Positions 28,757 through 43,307 of a stretch of DNA of 55,983 nucleotides are shown one piece after another. Location: positions 48,783,265 through 48,839,247 of the forward strand of contig NC_068999.1 of NCBI RefSeq assembly GCF_001194135.2, given 5' to 3'. Origin of the DNA: Octopus bimaculoides. Its lineage: Eukaryota. The position numbers and the translations under genes are program-made. Each line of letters opens with the position of its first letter. Position 1 is the first letter of the stretch. The notes under the pieces were generated by a model. The model saw only the letters and a program-made list of their open reading frames with translations. It was not told where the DNA came from and did not search any database.

Positions 28757-28919
28757 AGGATTTCGATGTGTGATACGACAACAGTTTGCTTTACGGTAGG
28801 TGGCTGGTGCCATGTGTTGATCTTCCTGAAGGTTATTCGTCAGTCATGAAGAAGACTCTCTGAAGGAAGCTGGTTAAGAATACTGGAGCAGACGGAGTAA
28901 TTAACCCCCGGTGACAACG

Positions 28920-28991
28920 ATGTTGATTCTAAAGGCAACTCGTTGCCTTTCTAGGCTATCCAACTGCAATTTTTTACTCAAACCTGCTCAG
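28920..28991 (+). CDS. GFM1: GFM1 exon 1 ([24 protein letters not shown])
   Basis: ATG; R/S/L-rich with no acidic residues; CAG|gtatgt donor, phase 0. Confidence 0.75.
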
Positions 28992-31900
28992 GTATGTTTT
29001 TGTAAAATTCCTCACTTGAGAGAGAGCTGAATTCCCTGCGAAACGGTTTCAATTTCTGTTAGAACCATTCGGAATCATTTATTAATTCGTTAATTCTCTC
29101 GGTTATGGCATAACTGTTAAAACATTTCTCATTCTTTCTTCCTATAGAAATATAGGTCCATCATGTTTTCGTCTTAAGATATCCGTAGAAATAATGAAAT
29201 ACACTATACCGTTTTATTCTGTTTTTCTTAAAAAAAACAAAAACGAAACAAAGCACAACACTTTAATATTTGTACAACCTAGGCAAAAAACTTAAAATAT
29301 TTTATATTAGTTAGAAAGTTAGAATGGAAGACATTTGCGATTTAAGTAAAGTTCTTTCAACTAGTTCTTTCCTACGAGTCTCTGACCTCGGGACTCTATT
29401 TCCTTATTGGTGACCCGTAAATCTAAAGGATCGCCTTTCTGAGCTAAAAGTATGCGACACCTTTATTGACGATACTTATCAATTACGTTTAAAACACCAC
29501 TGTCCACTGCCATCCTTAATTACCGTTTCCGACACATCGGTCGGTACACAAACTACAGAAACTATGTTACAGAATCAGCTGTAGCTATCTCCTTGCACTT
29601 TTATTACGATTGCTGTTACATTTATAAAGTATTCTATGAGACGATAAAAAATGGGGAAAAAAAGGTACTATTCAAGAAAAAAGAAATCAGTCCAATACCA
29701 AGTGCCTCAATTGGTTGCCCACCACAACGATGATACTTAGGGATATATGCTGAAGTTTTAGAATTTTAAAAGGCTCATCGTTTCCTACATCGGCGGAGGT
29801 AAACAAAAATACGCACACCACCCTTTTTCGGCGTAACCCTGACCCTAACCACCGGGTGTGCGTATTCTTTGCCTTCGCCCATACTTCAACCTGTGTGTTT
29901 CAATTATATAACCGGCAAGTCTCCCATCGTCATTTGTAAACAAAGATTAATTTTAGTGTCTCATATTAAAAAAAAACAAAAGGCAGACATGTTCTTTTCG
30001 GGTTGGGTTAGATCATTCCTATCAATTCATAAATTTAATTTCCGTAATATTAACTAATTCCATCCAACCTTACCATTCCCCACTTCTACTCACAAGATAA
30101 CTTCGCTCATTTATGTTCTACTTTTTTTATTTTAAAGGTGTCACTCTATTTAGTCCACTTTTGTTATATCAGCTGGAGATGTCCTCCTGGGGCTAAAAGC
30201 AACAGTAACATCCACCCCTAGGGGTCAGCCACACTTAAGTGGCAATATACTTCACTTTATCGTGCAGTTACTGTTAATACTTCATTTAGAGAATTAAAAT
30301 TGCTTATATATATATACTCTTTTTACTCTTTTACTTGTTTCAGTCATATGACTGCGGCCATGCTGGAGCACCGCCTTTAGTCGAGCAAATCGACCCCAGG
30401 ACTTATTCTTTGTAAGTCTAGTACTTATTCTATCAGTCTGTTTTGCCGAACCGCTAGATTACTGGGGACGTAAACACACCATCGGTTGTCAAGCGATGTT
30501 GGGGAGACAAACACAGACTCACAGACGCACACACATATATACATATACATATATACGACGGGCTTCTTTCAGTTTCCGTCTACCAAATCCACTCACAAGG
30601 CTTTGGTGAGAGGGTTTTGTTATGTAGGAGATAGGGTGGGTGTAAGTGGTGGATGTGAAGCAACTATGACAGCAAGGGCGAGACTTGGCTGGGTGAAGTT
30701 CAGGGAATGTGGAGTGTTGTTATATGGGAAAAGGTTTTCATTAAAGATGAAAGGAAGGGTCTATAAGAGTTGTGTGAGAGCGGCAATGCTGTATGGGAGT
30801 GAGACATGGTGTCAGAGGGAGATGGTAATTTTGAGAAGGACTGAGAGAGCAATGGTGAGAAAAATGTGTGGGGGTGAAGCTGTTTGATAAGGAGAGGACT
30901 GAGGATTTGATGGGGATGCTGGGATTGGAGAAATTGGTGGAATGGTTGGCAAGGGCGAATGGAGTAAGGTGGTATGGGCATGTATTGAAGAGGGATGAAG
31001 AGCATGTTAGGAGGAGGGTGATTGCATTTGAGGTAAATTGAGCATGGAAGTGAGGTAGACCGAGGAAAAGGTGGAGAGGACAGGTGGAGGAGGAGGAGAT
31101 TGGGAGGGTTGGTTTGAAAAAGGAGGATGCCCAAAACCGGGCAAGATGGTGTCAGGGCAGTTGCTATGGCATTGAGCTAGATACGGCCACCCCCATTAAC
31201 GGAGACAAAACCCAGATTTAAAACACTGGATGAAGATGATGTCGGTCAATGACTAATATTGGTTTTTTCCTCACCGCATAAATATTTCCAGTTAGCTTTT
31301 TAATGTTCTTTGCATTAAATATGTTAACACTTACTTAACTATTGTATATCATTATTATCTCTGTGTATCTCCATCAGTGTGTATTTGCCTTATTCATATA
31401 TCACTTATTTTCTTTTTTTTTCTTTTTAGCTATGGCCATTATCAGATGCTGTTAAATTATATTCTTCTAAATCTTCTAATATGGTATGTCATTACATTTT
31501 AATATTTTATCATTCTACCTTCCTATTATGGTTTGATATGCCATGTCTTACAAGTGTTAAACCTGACATTATGTGCCTCCTACAGACAAGGCCACTTTCT
31601 CAGATCCATATTGTTTGGAAAAGAATGTCTGAAAAAAATACTTCTTCTTCGAACTGCTGTTACCTCTTTACAAAGTCCAAATACGACGGACATAGAGCTG
31701 TTTATGCATGGATCTTGCATTGGTTTCAACCTTTGGTATAATCCTCAAGTGTATTTTGAGTAACATAGTGTTTGATAAGCCTGGCCTTTTGAGATGCAGT
31801 TTCCATCCATCCAACAAGCTTCCACACAGTTTTTGTCTACCCATTATCATTTGGAAGTATTGGGTCTACCTGAGATTATAATAGAATATATGTGTCCAAT

Positions 31901-34900
31901 GTGCTAAATAGTGGGATTGAACCCATGACCTCATGATTGAAACAAGAACTTCTTATCAATTTAGCTCTGGCTGCATTCAGAACACCCACACACATACACA
32001 CATTATTTATTATATTTAAGAAACAAATAGTCTGACTGGCAGGTTTTAAAATACCAATAGTCCACAACCATTGTCCCACAGTTGAGTTGGATATCCTCTC
32101 TCTATCTCTACTTCTATTATTACAACACCTTCTACCCTTCTGAGTTTACTAAAGGTATCTGGCTTCCAGCTAATCTTGAATCACAATGAATATCTCAGCC
32201 CATACTCGGAGCTCAGATATAAAAGAGATATCCATTGGCCACCATCTTATATTCTCCTATTCCCCAGTCATTTTCTTGACTCATGTTTTTTGTATTTCAT
32301 ACAAATTATTGTGGCGTATCCAATGTAGTTAATATAATTTTCTTTTTTTAAATCCCAATAATCTTTCTATATAACTTTAATATATCTTGTCTGAGATGGT
32401 TAAAAAGAAATAGCCCAAATTAAGCAGATCCAGAAAATAACTGGAATCTCATCACTAAAAGAGTAAAAGGATATACTTGATACTGTTGCTTATTGGCAAC
32501 ACACGTACACTAGTTTCTTTATGAAATACCATGCAAAGTTAAATGATAATAGAGATCATTAAGCATCAATACGAGACAGAAAAGATCTCACAAGGCCTAC
32601 TGATGTTCTTTCAAGTTCAATTTGGTGTTTACAATATCTAATATATTGTTAAAAATGTCAGCAGTGAATCCTTGCAAAGTTATTTTTCCATTTTAGGAAA
32701 CTCTGGCATTGGAGCAGATTCGTAACATTGGTATATCGGCCCATATTGATTCAGGGAAGACCACTCTAACAGAGAGGATCCTTTTCTATACGGGGAAACT
32801 CAGTGAAATGCATGAGGTAAGACAGCAAGGAATTTCTTTTTTTATTTCTTATACAGGCGCAGGAGTGGCTGTGTGTTAAGTAGCTTGCTTACCAACCACA
32901 TGGTTTTGGGTTCAGTCCCACTGCGTGGCACCTTGGGCAAGTGTCTTCTACGATGGCCTCGGGCTGACCAAAGCCTTGTGAGTGGATTTATTAGATGGAA
33001 ACTGAAAGAAGCCCATCGTATATATGTATATATATATATCTATATGTATGTGTGCGTATATGTTTGTGTGTCTGTTTGTCCCCCCCCCCCCCAACATCGC
33101 TTGACAACCGATGCTGGTGTGTTTACGTCCCCATAACTTAGCGGTTCGGCAAAAGAGACCGGTAGAATAAGTACCAGGCTTACAAAGAATAAGTCCTGGG
33201 GTCGATTTGCTCAACTAAAAGTGGTGATTCCAGCATGTTTTTAAAGAATTCCTCCCATTTAGATTTTCTTTCTTATTCTAATTTAGGTGAAAGGAAAAGA
33301 TGATGTGGGAGCCAAAATGGATTTTATGGAACTTGAACGACAGAGAGGCATCACCATTCAGTCTGCTGCCACTTACACTGTCTGGAAAGGTACAAACATA
33401 AACATTATTGACACACCTGGTAAGTCAAAGAAACAAATATTACTACCATATTACTGAAGGCTATAGTTTGCCTTAATAGATCAGTCATCACTTAATTGCC
33501 ATGTTTTTCTAGATTTCCTTCCTTCACATATTTGAGTCACTCCAAGTACTCAGCATTTCTTTATACAACTGACATCTTCCATTTGGGTCACTTATCTTGT
33601 ACCAGTACAGTATTCTTTCTTGCACACATCTGACTCTTATTGTTGTTGGCACTCCATCGCTTACGACGTCGAGGGTTCCAGTTGATCCGATCAACGGAAC
33701 AGCCTGCTCGTGAAATTAACGTGCAAGTGGCTGAGCACTCCACAGACACGTGTACCCTTAACGTAGTTCTCGGGGATATTCAGCGTGACACAGTGTGACA
33801 AGGCTGGCCCTTTGAATTACAGGCACAACAGAAACAGGAAGTAAGAGTGGGAGAAAGTTGTGGTGACAGAGTACAGCAGGCTTCACCACCATCCCCTGCC
33901 GGAGCCTCGTGGAGCTTTTAGGTGTCTTCGCTCAATTAACACTCACAATGTCCGGTCTGGGAACCTTCTGGATTTTTGTAAAACTCTATTTTATATATAC
34001 TCTTATTCCTGGCTGCTCATCAACATCTACCATATATTAAGCCTAATTTCTCTGTCAACCAGTATCAGATCCTACTACATCTCTTATACATCTGCAGTTT
34101 ATGAGGGTTGGCTGAAAAGTTTATAAGCTGACCAAGATACTCTCATGCAGTGTGACCAAATGAGGTTTATTTTTCAACATAGTCCTCCTTGCAGTCCACG
34201 TTGCATACAAGATTTCATAGCTCTAGCATCACTCCCTCACAGTTAGCCTATAAACTTTTCAGCTCACCCTTGTACATTGGATACACTGAATCTTCAGAGT
34301 TTTGGCCGTTCACTGTTGTATACTCTAAACAACTTATCTTTATGTACAATATCTTCATGGACAGAAAAAGAGGAATCTGCCAGTTTCAACCTGGTGTTGG
34401 GATTTTATCAGTGACTGAGGACCCACTTTAACTGTCCTGTGTTCCTGTTGTCAGTTCTCCTGTCAATAAATCTCAACCATCTATACGTTTATACAGCAGG
34501 GGGACTGGATAAATAGCCTTAAAGAGTCTTAGGTGCCGAGATAAGTAAACTATCCTATAGCCTTTCCTATACTTCTTTTATCAAGGTTTTAACCATGTAT
34601 GACACTGTTAACTCTATGCAGGCTCTGTCGTATTTACATAACCAAAACATATTTAATAATTGAGGAAGAGTTCTACGTTCTTCGTATTCTTCCCAACAAT
34701 TTCTTTAACATTTTCGTTAGTTCAAATTTCTAGATATGGAAAGTGGAACATCTTTAACATTTCATCATAAACGCAATGCCTTCATGCCTTCGAGATAAGA
34801 GAACCCTTACTGGAAAAACAAATAAGGGTTAGTGATAAGAAGTGTACCTGGTTGTAAAACAATGCCATGATAATATATTTATTTAATTCGTGCAAGCATG

Positions 34901-37900
34901 GGAAAACAAGAAAAACAAACAAATGAAGGAAAATGTGCTATGTTTAGTAGAGATTATTAAATTATTTTAAAGTAAGGTTTTGGTCTGTTCTGTTATTCTG
35001 AGTTTCCCAGGAAAAGAGAAACTCCAATTAGCAACAGAGTGAAACTTCGAATAAAATGAATGTAGTGTCTGTGTGTGAGAGTGGGAGAAACTGGATTTAA
35101 TCCTTTAGTGTTTAAACTGGCCATATCCATCTCAAATACTCCAGCTGTTTTATGTTTGGGCTGGCCAGATTCAGCCTCTTACACCTACTCTACAATGTCA
35201 TTCTAAAAATAACTAATCACATCATTGAAATCTCAAAGCTACAAGATAATGCATGATTAATTCAAAACTGAATAAATAAACTTTACATTTGACAGGTTAT
35301 TCTGATTGCTAAAGGGTTAAAAGAAATATTCGAATTATATTTCTGAAATTAATGTTTTTTTTTTTTTTGTCTTTTCTAAAAATCTTTAAACAGGTCATGT
35401 TGATTTTACTGTTGAGGTGGAGAGAGCTCTTCGTGTTCTTGATGGTGCCATCCTTGTGCTATGTGCCGTTGGAGGAGTTCAGAGTCAAACCTTCACTGTT
35501 GACCGTCAGATGAAGCGATACATGGTTCCATGCATTACATTCATTAATAAGTTAGATCGCATGGGAGCCAACCCATACAGAGTCCTCTCACAACTAAGGT
35601 AAAAAATTTTCAATCCAACCCATCAAGTTTGACACATAATAAATTATTTTGCTGTGAGGAAGAGGGCAAATCTAACATTTCGAACCTAAGCAGTCTATTT
35701 ATCTACTGCTGCTAGTAAATATTTCATCTCTCTCTAACACAAAAAAAAAGAAAAATTATCTGAAATATTGGATTTCTCCTCTTCGTTGACAGCATTTCAC
35801 TTTGACATGTAGTGGTTACCTCCCCTTATATACTAGCTATTCGGTTTCAATATTGAAATAGCCGCCATTGAGAAAGTACTATTCTGCGCATGCGCAGGGG
35901 ACTTCACCACCGAAAGCCCCTCGAGTCGCGCATGCGTAGTAAAACTCGTACTTAAGCAGTTTTATTATCTCGGCGAGTTGAGTGCAGACCTTCTACATGA
36001 CAACACCTCGCCCCCCCCCCCCACGAAGCACTTTTACACTGTTATCTGGCAGGCATGAAGGAAACCCTTAACCTTCCAATACCAACTACAACTTAATCAG
36101 CGGCTGCTAAGCAGAATGACAGGAATTGTGAATCCAAGCATCGTCAAAAATAAAACCTTTTTATTATGTTGTTAACTGTTCTGAGGTCTCTTCATTAAAA
36201 ATGCTGTTGAAAGGTGATAGAGAGAGACTAAAGTCTCTGTCAACATATACCTATTTACAGATGTCTGAAGATTTGAACCTACCTATTCAACGTTGCAGGC
36301 TTATTGTACTTAACATGCTTAACATAAATATAATGCTTTTTCCTTTTGTCTTTTATTAGATCAAAACTGAACCACAATGCTGCTTTTCTCCAACTTCCCA
36401 TTGGAAAAGAGTCTGAAACGCAAGGAATTATAGATTTGATTGAAAGGAAAGCTGTATACTTCAAGGAACCTATGGGGTATGTTACTACTTACTTAAACAT
36501 TGCCAGTCATTGTTGGCTGCATTAAAGAAATATTGGTCCACTAACCAAAAAGTCAATAGATTATATTTTATTGCCACAAACAGCCACCATTACAAATTCT
36601 CTTTATTTTATTTTATTGATCACAATAGAAATGCTATTAAGTGAAAATGATTCAGATTTCTTTCGTAATTGTTTACTACTGTCCTAACATGCTGTATGTG
36701 ACCTTAAAAGCACAGGTTCTTCACATCTAGTCTACTACAGTAATAACATTTTCTCTTGAAGTTGAATTATTATTTATTTTTTTTATTTGTCATAGCCTCA
36801 ATGTTGTTCATGACGAAATTCCTGTTGATAGAAGAACAGAGACTGAAGAAAGGAGAGCAGAACTTATTGGTAAGATTTTGTATATTTAGCTGTTAATACA
36901 TTCATTTCTTTCGCCTTTCTACCTTGGTTCACCTTTTGCAATCACCTCCTCTGCTATGCATTTGGTTGGCCACATTGCCTTGAATGAATGTAACCATCTC
37001 TGTTACCCACTTTATTGATTGAGTTGCTCCGTTTGAACAGAGAATAAATGTGGTGGTGAGGTTCTATTCTGTCTTGTTGAGTACAAGGCAACTTCACTAG
37101 TGTTGGTGCCACAAACTATATCTTCTGTGAACTGCTTTCCTCCTCAATTGCTCACAATTCTTTATATTATAGCAATGTGCCAGTCCACTTTTAGTCACTT
37201 TGGGGTGGTTGGAATCCTTCTACAACACATAACGTGTTCGTTGTGTTGTGACCTGTCCAGTCCTCAATGTTGTGAAACCGCAATTTTCTCTGTTTGTCTC
37301 TCTTTTGCCCTCCCTCAACTTTGCCCTGAAGAATGGTTTTGGACAGGGGGTTGTGGCAGAATACATGACTATACCAGGCAAGCTTTTGTCTTCTTATCTG
37401 TGCCAGGAGTGGTTCCTGTCTGCCAGCTTATTTGGTGGTGAGCTCCTATAGTTCTGCTTCACTGCTTCCTAACATGTCAATATCATCAGCAAAATGCAAG
37501 TTGGAAGTGGGATATCTTCCAATGGAAACAGAGGGATGGAGGTCTTCAAGTGTCTCTTGCATGATGTTCTTCAGGTAGATGTTGCAAAGCACTGGAGAGA
37601 GGATACATCCTTGTCGTCAGACACCCACTGTTGTCATGAAGAATTCTCTGATGTTGTTCAGAACTGCACTGCTTGAGATTCCATACAATGCTTGGATTAC
37701 TTCAATGCGGTTGTTGTTGAAGTTATTCTTCATCACCTTCCACAACCTATCCATCCAAACACAACCTTTTTGAAGTTAAGTTGTGATAGAAGTCAGACTG
37801 GTGTTGCATATGTTTCTCCGTGAGCAGTCTGATGTTAAATATCTGTTCCACAGTACTCTCTTGGGTCCTAAATCCTCTCTGTTCTACTACAAGGATTTCT

Positions 37901-40900
37901 TTTGTCTTCCTCTTAAGTCTGTTTTGTAGAACTCTTAGCAATACTCTGCTGGGGTGGATAAATAGGCTGATTGTTTTATAGTTCTTGCAGAGTCTTAATT
38001 GACCTTTCTTGAAAATCGGTATCATCTCCCATATCTTCTGACAGGTAATTGTTGGTGCCTCAATAAGCTTTGACCCTCCGTGTTTTAGGAGCTCTTGGTA
38101 ATTTCCTATCTTTAAGCATGCACACTGCCCCTTCGACTTCTTTCTTGAGAATTGGAGTATCCCCAAATTCTGTCATCATTTTCGTTACCATTATGTGTGT
38201 GTGTTTGATTTTGTTTATATACCTTAAGCTGCCTCTAATTCATATTTGAATATACAATAAAGTTTATTTACAACTGATTTCTCTTTGCGGAATTTTTTTT
38301 ATTACTCACTTTCTCACAGTTTATAAAGGTTTCATTATTTTTTTTTTTTTTTACATTCTATCTTCAGAATGTTTGGCCAATGTTGATGAAATTTTTGGTG
38401 AAATTTTTTTGGAAGATCGGGTACCTACTGAAAATGAAATAAGAGTAAGGATTTGAAAAAAAAAAAAAAAGAATTTTTTTCCCCATTTTAAAGCAATTCA
38501 GCAATTCTTGAAAAGTTTCTGTCTTTCTTTGTCGCTGCAATATTTGTTAGTCTTTGATGTATCTAGTTACAACGGATACACAGCAGTCAATTATACAGAT
38601 GTCGGCATCCAAACATGATCAATGCTGGTTTCTCTGTAACGCAATATCTGAGGTCACATTGACTTTTAAATGTTATAGAATTAACTATTTTCTTTTGATG
38701 TGAAATCATTCTCATTTGATAAGTAGGGCTTTTAATTTGGAAACTGCTTTCTTTGTTTGGTTGAATTTAGTTTTGCAATATCATATATTATAAAACCAGT
38801 TCTGTGTAGAAATGTGTGTTTATCATTTTCTTTGAACTAACTGTTTTGATTGATGTGTATTAATGCAGTTAGATGCACTTTATGATCAAATTCAGTGTTT
38901 GACTGTCAAATGTCAACAAACTCATTTATTATTTAATTTATATGATCAATTTGTATAGAATTGAATCTAAGATTTTCTGAAAAGAAGTTTATGGTTGTTG
39001 AAATTTAAATTTTCTTCCAAATATTTATGACTTTTTTTTTTTCCATCATCCATTTATGTATTTTATTTCTTATAGGCTGCTGTGAAGAGGGCATGTTTGA
39101 AACGTAAATTCAATCCAGTTTTCATGGGAACAGCTTTGAAAAACAAAGGCGTACAACCTCTTTTAGATTCTGTCCTTGCGTACTTGCCAAACCCGAAAGA
39201 AGTGGAAAACTATGCTCTGGACAATAGCAAAGGGTAATTAAACAGACGTTACTATCTTCATCATTGTAGTGTAGCTAGCAGTGATGATGGGAGTCTAACC
39301 CAAGCAATGCTTTTGTGGGGACAGTACTTGTGGGTCTGCTGTATGAACCTGTGTAGGATTCAGGTGGTGGGCTGCAGACTCAAAGGGCTGCCCTACTCAG
39401 CACACACTCTCGCAATGCCAATCCTCATCATCACAGGTATATACTTTTTTCCATGCATGCATTAGTTTAATGAGTTTGATATGTCTCACTTTCTGTGTAT
39501 CCCTTTATTATACACCATGTAGCTCTTTTTTTTATGGCAGAAAGCCCTTCCTAAAACCAACCAGTTTACAATAAGGACTGGATGTACTCAATCATACCAC
39601 TGGACCTAGAGAGATTATCTGCAGGCAGACCAAATTATCTTCTCTACTAAATGTTTAATATCTACTCAGGTGGCTGAGTTGATTGATAGGGGTAACTTAC
39701 ATTCTGTAGGATCAGCATTTTATTCCTTACTACTAGCGTTTGCACTTTATCCCACCCAGATAAAAACATTTCATTCTCACATGTTTTAACTGTGTATAGA
39801 GAGTATAAATGGTACAGCTTTATTGCTGTAATCAATGACAGCATAATATAATTGAAATGCGTTTGGCTAGCTTACAGTTCTAAACTCTGTGAAGGTAGGC
39901 TGTCTGAGTAGAAAAGGTATTGAACTGTGTTTCATGAGTTCAAAGCTGTTAGTGATAGTTGTCTTGTTTTGTTATGTTTCTGAGAAAAACACCCCCAATT
40001 TTTCTTTGCCTCAGTTCACCAAGTTGGTCAGCCATAGGAAACAAAGCTTCTTGGAATGTTACGTATAAACTGGCATCGTATTTCAAGAAGGATTTGCCTG
40101 CTAAATGAGATTCACTTCTCAAGCCTCTATCTGTATGTGTGGTGGTGGTGGTGGGTCTGATTATGAGCTATATGTAAGGATACACATGCAATGGTCTACA
40201 CATGTATATATATACCATCTCTACTGACTGATCATATGAGAATTTCCAAACTTTGGTCAGTTCAAAACCTCTTTCTGTGGCTCTGAATATACTAACAAGG
40301 AATCCACTTTTAGTGTATCCACCATTGGTGAAGGTGTGTGGCTTCGTGGTTAAGATATTTGGCTCACAATCATAAGGTCGTGAGTTCAATTCCTGGCATT
40401 ACATTGTGTCCTTGAGCAGGATGCTTTATTTCACATTGCTCCTGTTCACTCAGTTGGCAAAAATGAGTTGTACATGTATTTCAAAGGGCCGGCCTTGTCA
40501 CACTCTGTGTCATGCTGAATCTCTCAAAGAAAGGTAGACATGTCTGTGGAGGACTCAGCCACTTGCACATTAATTTCTCAAGCTGGATGTCCCATTGATC
40601 AGATCAATTGGAATGCTCATTGTTGAAACTAACAGAGTGCTAGTTTTTTTTATCCACCATAAAACAAAACATGGGAAGCGGACGTTAAACGATGATGATG
40701 ATTGCTCCAGAAACTTCGTATTATGGAACATTACTGTCTCTTTCTACCAATTATTGGCAACTTGAACTTTCTTTCATTTATGTTAAGTTTGTCTGAAAGT
40801 AAGTTATTTAAAGTAATTTGCTTTGTTTATATTTTCAGAGTTGAACATGCTGAAAAATTTCTTCTGGACACAACAAGAGATGCAACAAATCCCTTTGTGG

Positions 40901-43184
40901 GACTTGCATTCAAATTAGAAGTAAGTAAATGTCTTAATATTGAAGATGAGCTGGGGGTTTTTTGATGAAGTTATGTTGCATGCCCAAGGTGACACGCAAG
41001 GAGGCTGTGTGTGTATGTGTGTACAAGCTTCTTTTAATTTCCATCTACCAAATTCATTTACAAGTCTTTCAGTGGCTCAGGGTTATATAGTAGAAGACAC
41101 TTGCCCAATGTGACATGCAGTGAGTAAAAAGGAAAAAGAAATGGAAATGAATTAAAAAAAAAACTTTGGGTGGGACAGCATCTTGGAAAATGTAGCAAGC
41201 ATGGTCACTTATTGAACAGTCCTGTTATGCCATTGCATGGTAGTTGTGAGTCACTATCATACAAGATGTATCGTTCATTTTTAATATTCTGTAAAAACAT
41301 ATCTGGCCATGAGGAAATATTACCTCACTTGGAAATAGATGAGGCTGTGCAACAGGAAGGGCATCCAGTTGTAGAAAATCTGCCCCAGTAAAGTCTGTCT
41401 GACCCTTGGAAAAGTGGATGTTAAAATGATGATGTTTGTGTCACAGTTTAAAAAGAGAAATAAAAGTCCTTGATAATCCCACAAAATTTAAACAGTTCGT
41501 TTTTTTTTGTTTTTTTATGTTTCTTTAGGCAGGAAGATTTGGTCAGCTGACCTATCTCCGTTTGTATCAAGGAAGCTTGAAACGAGGAGACACAATCATC
41601 AATACCAGAACACAGAAAAAGGTTCGAGTGCAAAGATTAGTGAGGATGCATGCTGATGAGATGCAGGTAAAACTATTACTGAAATTTATTTAAGATTATA
41701 AATATGCAATCCAAATATATTTCATAAAATAATTCTAAGCTTTTGTTGTCAAAAATATTCATTTCATGTATTTTCTTTCCTGCAAATTAAACACCAAAGC
41801 AATCATGAAATTCTCAATTTCCTAACCCTTTTATCACCATATTTCCATTAAAATACCCTGCCAAACTGTTTGCTGATATCTGCCAACCAATGATTAATTG
41901 TTATATGCACATTAAACAACGAGAATCAAAATGATTACTTTCATATCCATTCTTAATACATTCTGGCAGATTCAAACCTAAATATGTTGATTGCTGTTGT
42001 TAATTGGTTGTCTGATATCAGCATGTAGCAGAATATAAAAGAACTTTGTGCTAATCTCTCATCTGTCACACAAAGCCGCTTCTCATGGTTCCACTCCCTC
42101 TCCCAGTTGAGAAGACTTCATCTTGCAAATTACTTGGCAACTCCACTGGTGTTGGTGCCACTTAAAAAGCACCCTGTACATTCTATAAAGCGGTTGGCAT
42201 TAGGGAGGACATCCAGCCATAGAAACCATGCCAAAGCAGTCAATGGAGCCTGATGCAGCTCTCCAGTTTACCGGCTTGTCAAATCACCCAACCCATATCA
42301 GCATGGAAGATGGGCATTAAATGATGATCTGCTTTGAATTCTTGTTAGATTCATTAGTCAGAGGTGCCTCAGGCTGATGAGATGCAACAATGTTGAAACA
42401 CCAGCTATCCCAGAGTCCCCTGCACTAATGAACTGAGTGTATTACTAATTTACATTTATCTGAAAGGAGTAGTTTCTTCTTTACGAAACACAACAGTGAT
42501 TGGCATATCCATGCTCGAATCTGCCAGAACATATTTTTTATGAATAAATATGCAAGTCATTGGTTTGTTTCTTGCTGTTCACCATGCATGTCACAATTTA
42601 TTAGAAAGAAAACACAAATGTCTATCCATTTATTTTGCTTTACTAACAGGAAGTGTCTGAAGGATTTGCTGGTGATATTTGTGCCCTCTTTGGAGTCGAT
42701 TGTGCCAGTGGAGATACATTTGTAACAAAAGGCAACACAAATATCTCTATGGTAAGACTTGTTATTTATTTTCTTTGCTTTTTTCCCCCTATTTGTTTCT
42801 AAAATCTCAAAGTTTTCCTATATACAGTTGTGATAGGCACTAATGTTTTACTGTGAAATCTTCTAGTGTGCAGTGTCTAGAACAGATCAACTCCTTCATT
42901 TTGCCTTGGCTTACTTTTGATATCTTGTACATTTGCCTAATGCCTGCCTCCCTCCACACACACACACATATTTTACACATAAAAATATCCCCAACTATAG
43001 CCCCCATTCCATCACTAGAAATGCTTATGTAAGAAATAATTTGTGAAAATAGGTATAGCTGTGTAGTGAAGAAGCTTGCTTCCCAAGCATAGCACCTTGG
43101 GCAAGTGTCTTCTACTATGGCCCTTGACTTTCCAGAGCCTTGTGAGTAGCTTTTTTAAATTGAAATCAAAAGAAGCCCATCATT

Positions 43185-43263
<79 letters not shown>

Positions 43264-43274
43264 GTTTGTGTGTG

Positions 43275-43307
<33 letters not shown>

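Noticed and set aside
42374-42410. CTGATGA...GAAAC spacing reminiscent of a hammerhead
   Set aside because: No convincing stem I or GUH triplet; stem II is mostly wobble pairs
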